A stretch of 64,000 bases of DNA from Chiloscyllium plagiosum (lineage: Eukaryota). The translations under genes were made by a program, and so were the position numbers. Under the pieces are notes generated by a model. It worked only from the letters and a program-made list of their open reading frames with translations. It searched no databases and was not told the DNA's origin. Of this stretch, positions 63,180-64,000 are shown piece by piece. The stretch is from assembly GCF_004010195.1 (NCBI RefSeq), contig NC_057719.1, positions 73,390,365-73,454,364 of the forward strand, in the 5' to 3' direction. The number at the start of each line of letters is the position of its first letter. The stretch's first letter is position 1.

Positions 63180-63850
63180 TAAGTAGCAATTAGGTTGTGC
63201 CTGGCCTCACAGTCCCTCGGAAATATCTTCATCCTGGACATTTTCTTGAAGCTCAGCCTCATCTTCATTTTCAGATGATTGGGGTATTTCCTCCATTTCT
63301 TCTGAATCTGGGACATTCTTCCCCCTCCCCACCCAAGCTTGAATATCTGGCACAATCCCGCAAAATGTTCCTTCAATAGTCACAAATTCGCTGAACATTA
63401 AGGGTCTTCAATCCTTTCCTGTTCATTGCCTTTACCGGTTGATGATGAAGTGCTCTCAAAGCGCTTTCCTGGGGTAAAGCAATGATGTTACAGAATCCTA
63501 ATGCCTTGCTTTTTGACTGGCATCATCAAACAAGGAGATGAAGAAGGATCCCTCTTAAAAGTGAGATCAGCAATATCTCAAATGCACATAAAAGTGAAAA
63601 TTGACAGATGCCACAGTGGTCCAGGTTTCTCCCTGAAACAACCAGCTTGCAATAAAATACAGCAACAGGTACCTTGGTGGCACTAAGAATGGATTTGCTC
63701 CCAGCCCCTGTGAGCATAAGTCCCTCTCTTCAGGATTTGGCGTAGGTCTGAGATGATGATCAGGACATCCTTCTGCCAAAAGCTCTTGAACTCCGGCAAC
63801 CATCTGATCTCACAACAGGACTCGACTGATCTACCTATAATCCTCACATT
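63180..63850 (-). pseudogene. PIF/Harbinger (HARBI1-like) transposase fossil
   Basis: Manual frame-hopping translation: DLRQIL..RDLCSQGLGANP..TKVPVAV..FIASWLFQGE..DHCGICQ..FDDASQKA..LGFCNIIALPQ..ALRALHHQPVKAMNRKGLKTLNVQRICDY*RNILRDCARY, then an acidic tail ending EARHNLIAT. Matches the HARBI1-type FASGSFQ and NRKGFHSLNVQLVCD motifs. Confidence 0.8.
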
Positions 63851-64000
63851 GCTTCCACTGGACTGCAAGGACTGATTGTGATCAAATCCTCAGTCTGCAA
63901 GGGCACAGATCACAGAACCAACCATCTGACTGACTGAACTGAGACCAGCTCCTTGACTGATTGTGGTGATGCTCCCTGACTGATTGGAGTATACCTCCTT

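Noticed and set aside
60700..64000. CHURC1 terminal exon expected from mammalian synteny
   Set aside because: No matching peptide seen on the minus strand within the window.

Overview
Vertebrate genomic DNA from a cartilaginous fish. The HE1/V-SINE, DeuSINE and CR1 repeats are elasmobranch-type; a carpet/bamboo shark is my guess. Two protein-coding genes lie in tandem on the + strand. (1) RAB15: coding exons 2-7 at 22353-51801; exon 1 was not found and is presumably upstream of the window. (2) A complete two-exon GPX2 (56379-59782, 190 aa). Its codon 40 is an in-frame TGA read as selenocysteine, and a well-formed SECIS hairpin lies at 60511-60588 in the 3' UTR, which is why the ORF track breaks the gene. 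The rest is intronic or intergenic and rich in transposon relics: CR1-group LINEs, several SINE families, solo LTRs, Tc1/mariner-type MITEs, a Harbinger transposase fossil and Penelope-like pieces. The least-explained signal is a family of short, TSD-flanked, palindromic Penelope-type elements built around (mostly decayed) minimal hammerhead-ribozyme cores, including a nested double palindrome in RAB15 intron 5. Also notable are a LINE whose tRNA-like 5' head and 3' tail are both shared with a SINE in the same window, and poly(A) signals that could cut GPX2 mRNA upstream of its SECIS. Repeat family names are from recognition, not database searches, and repeat boundaries are approximate.
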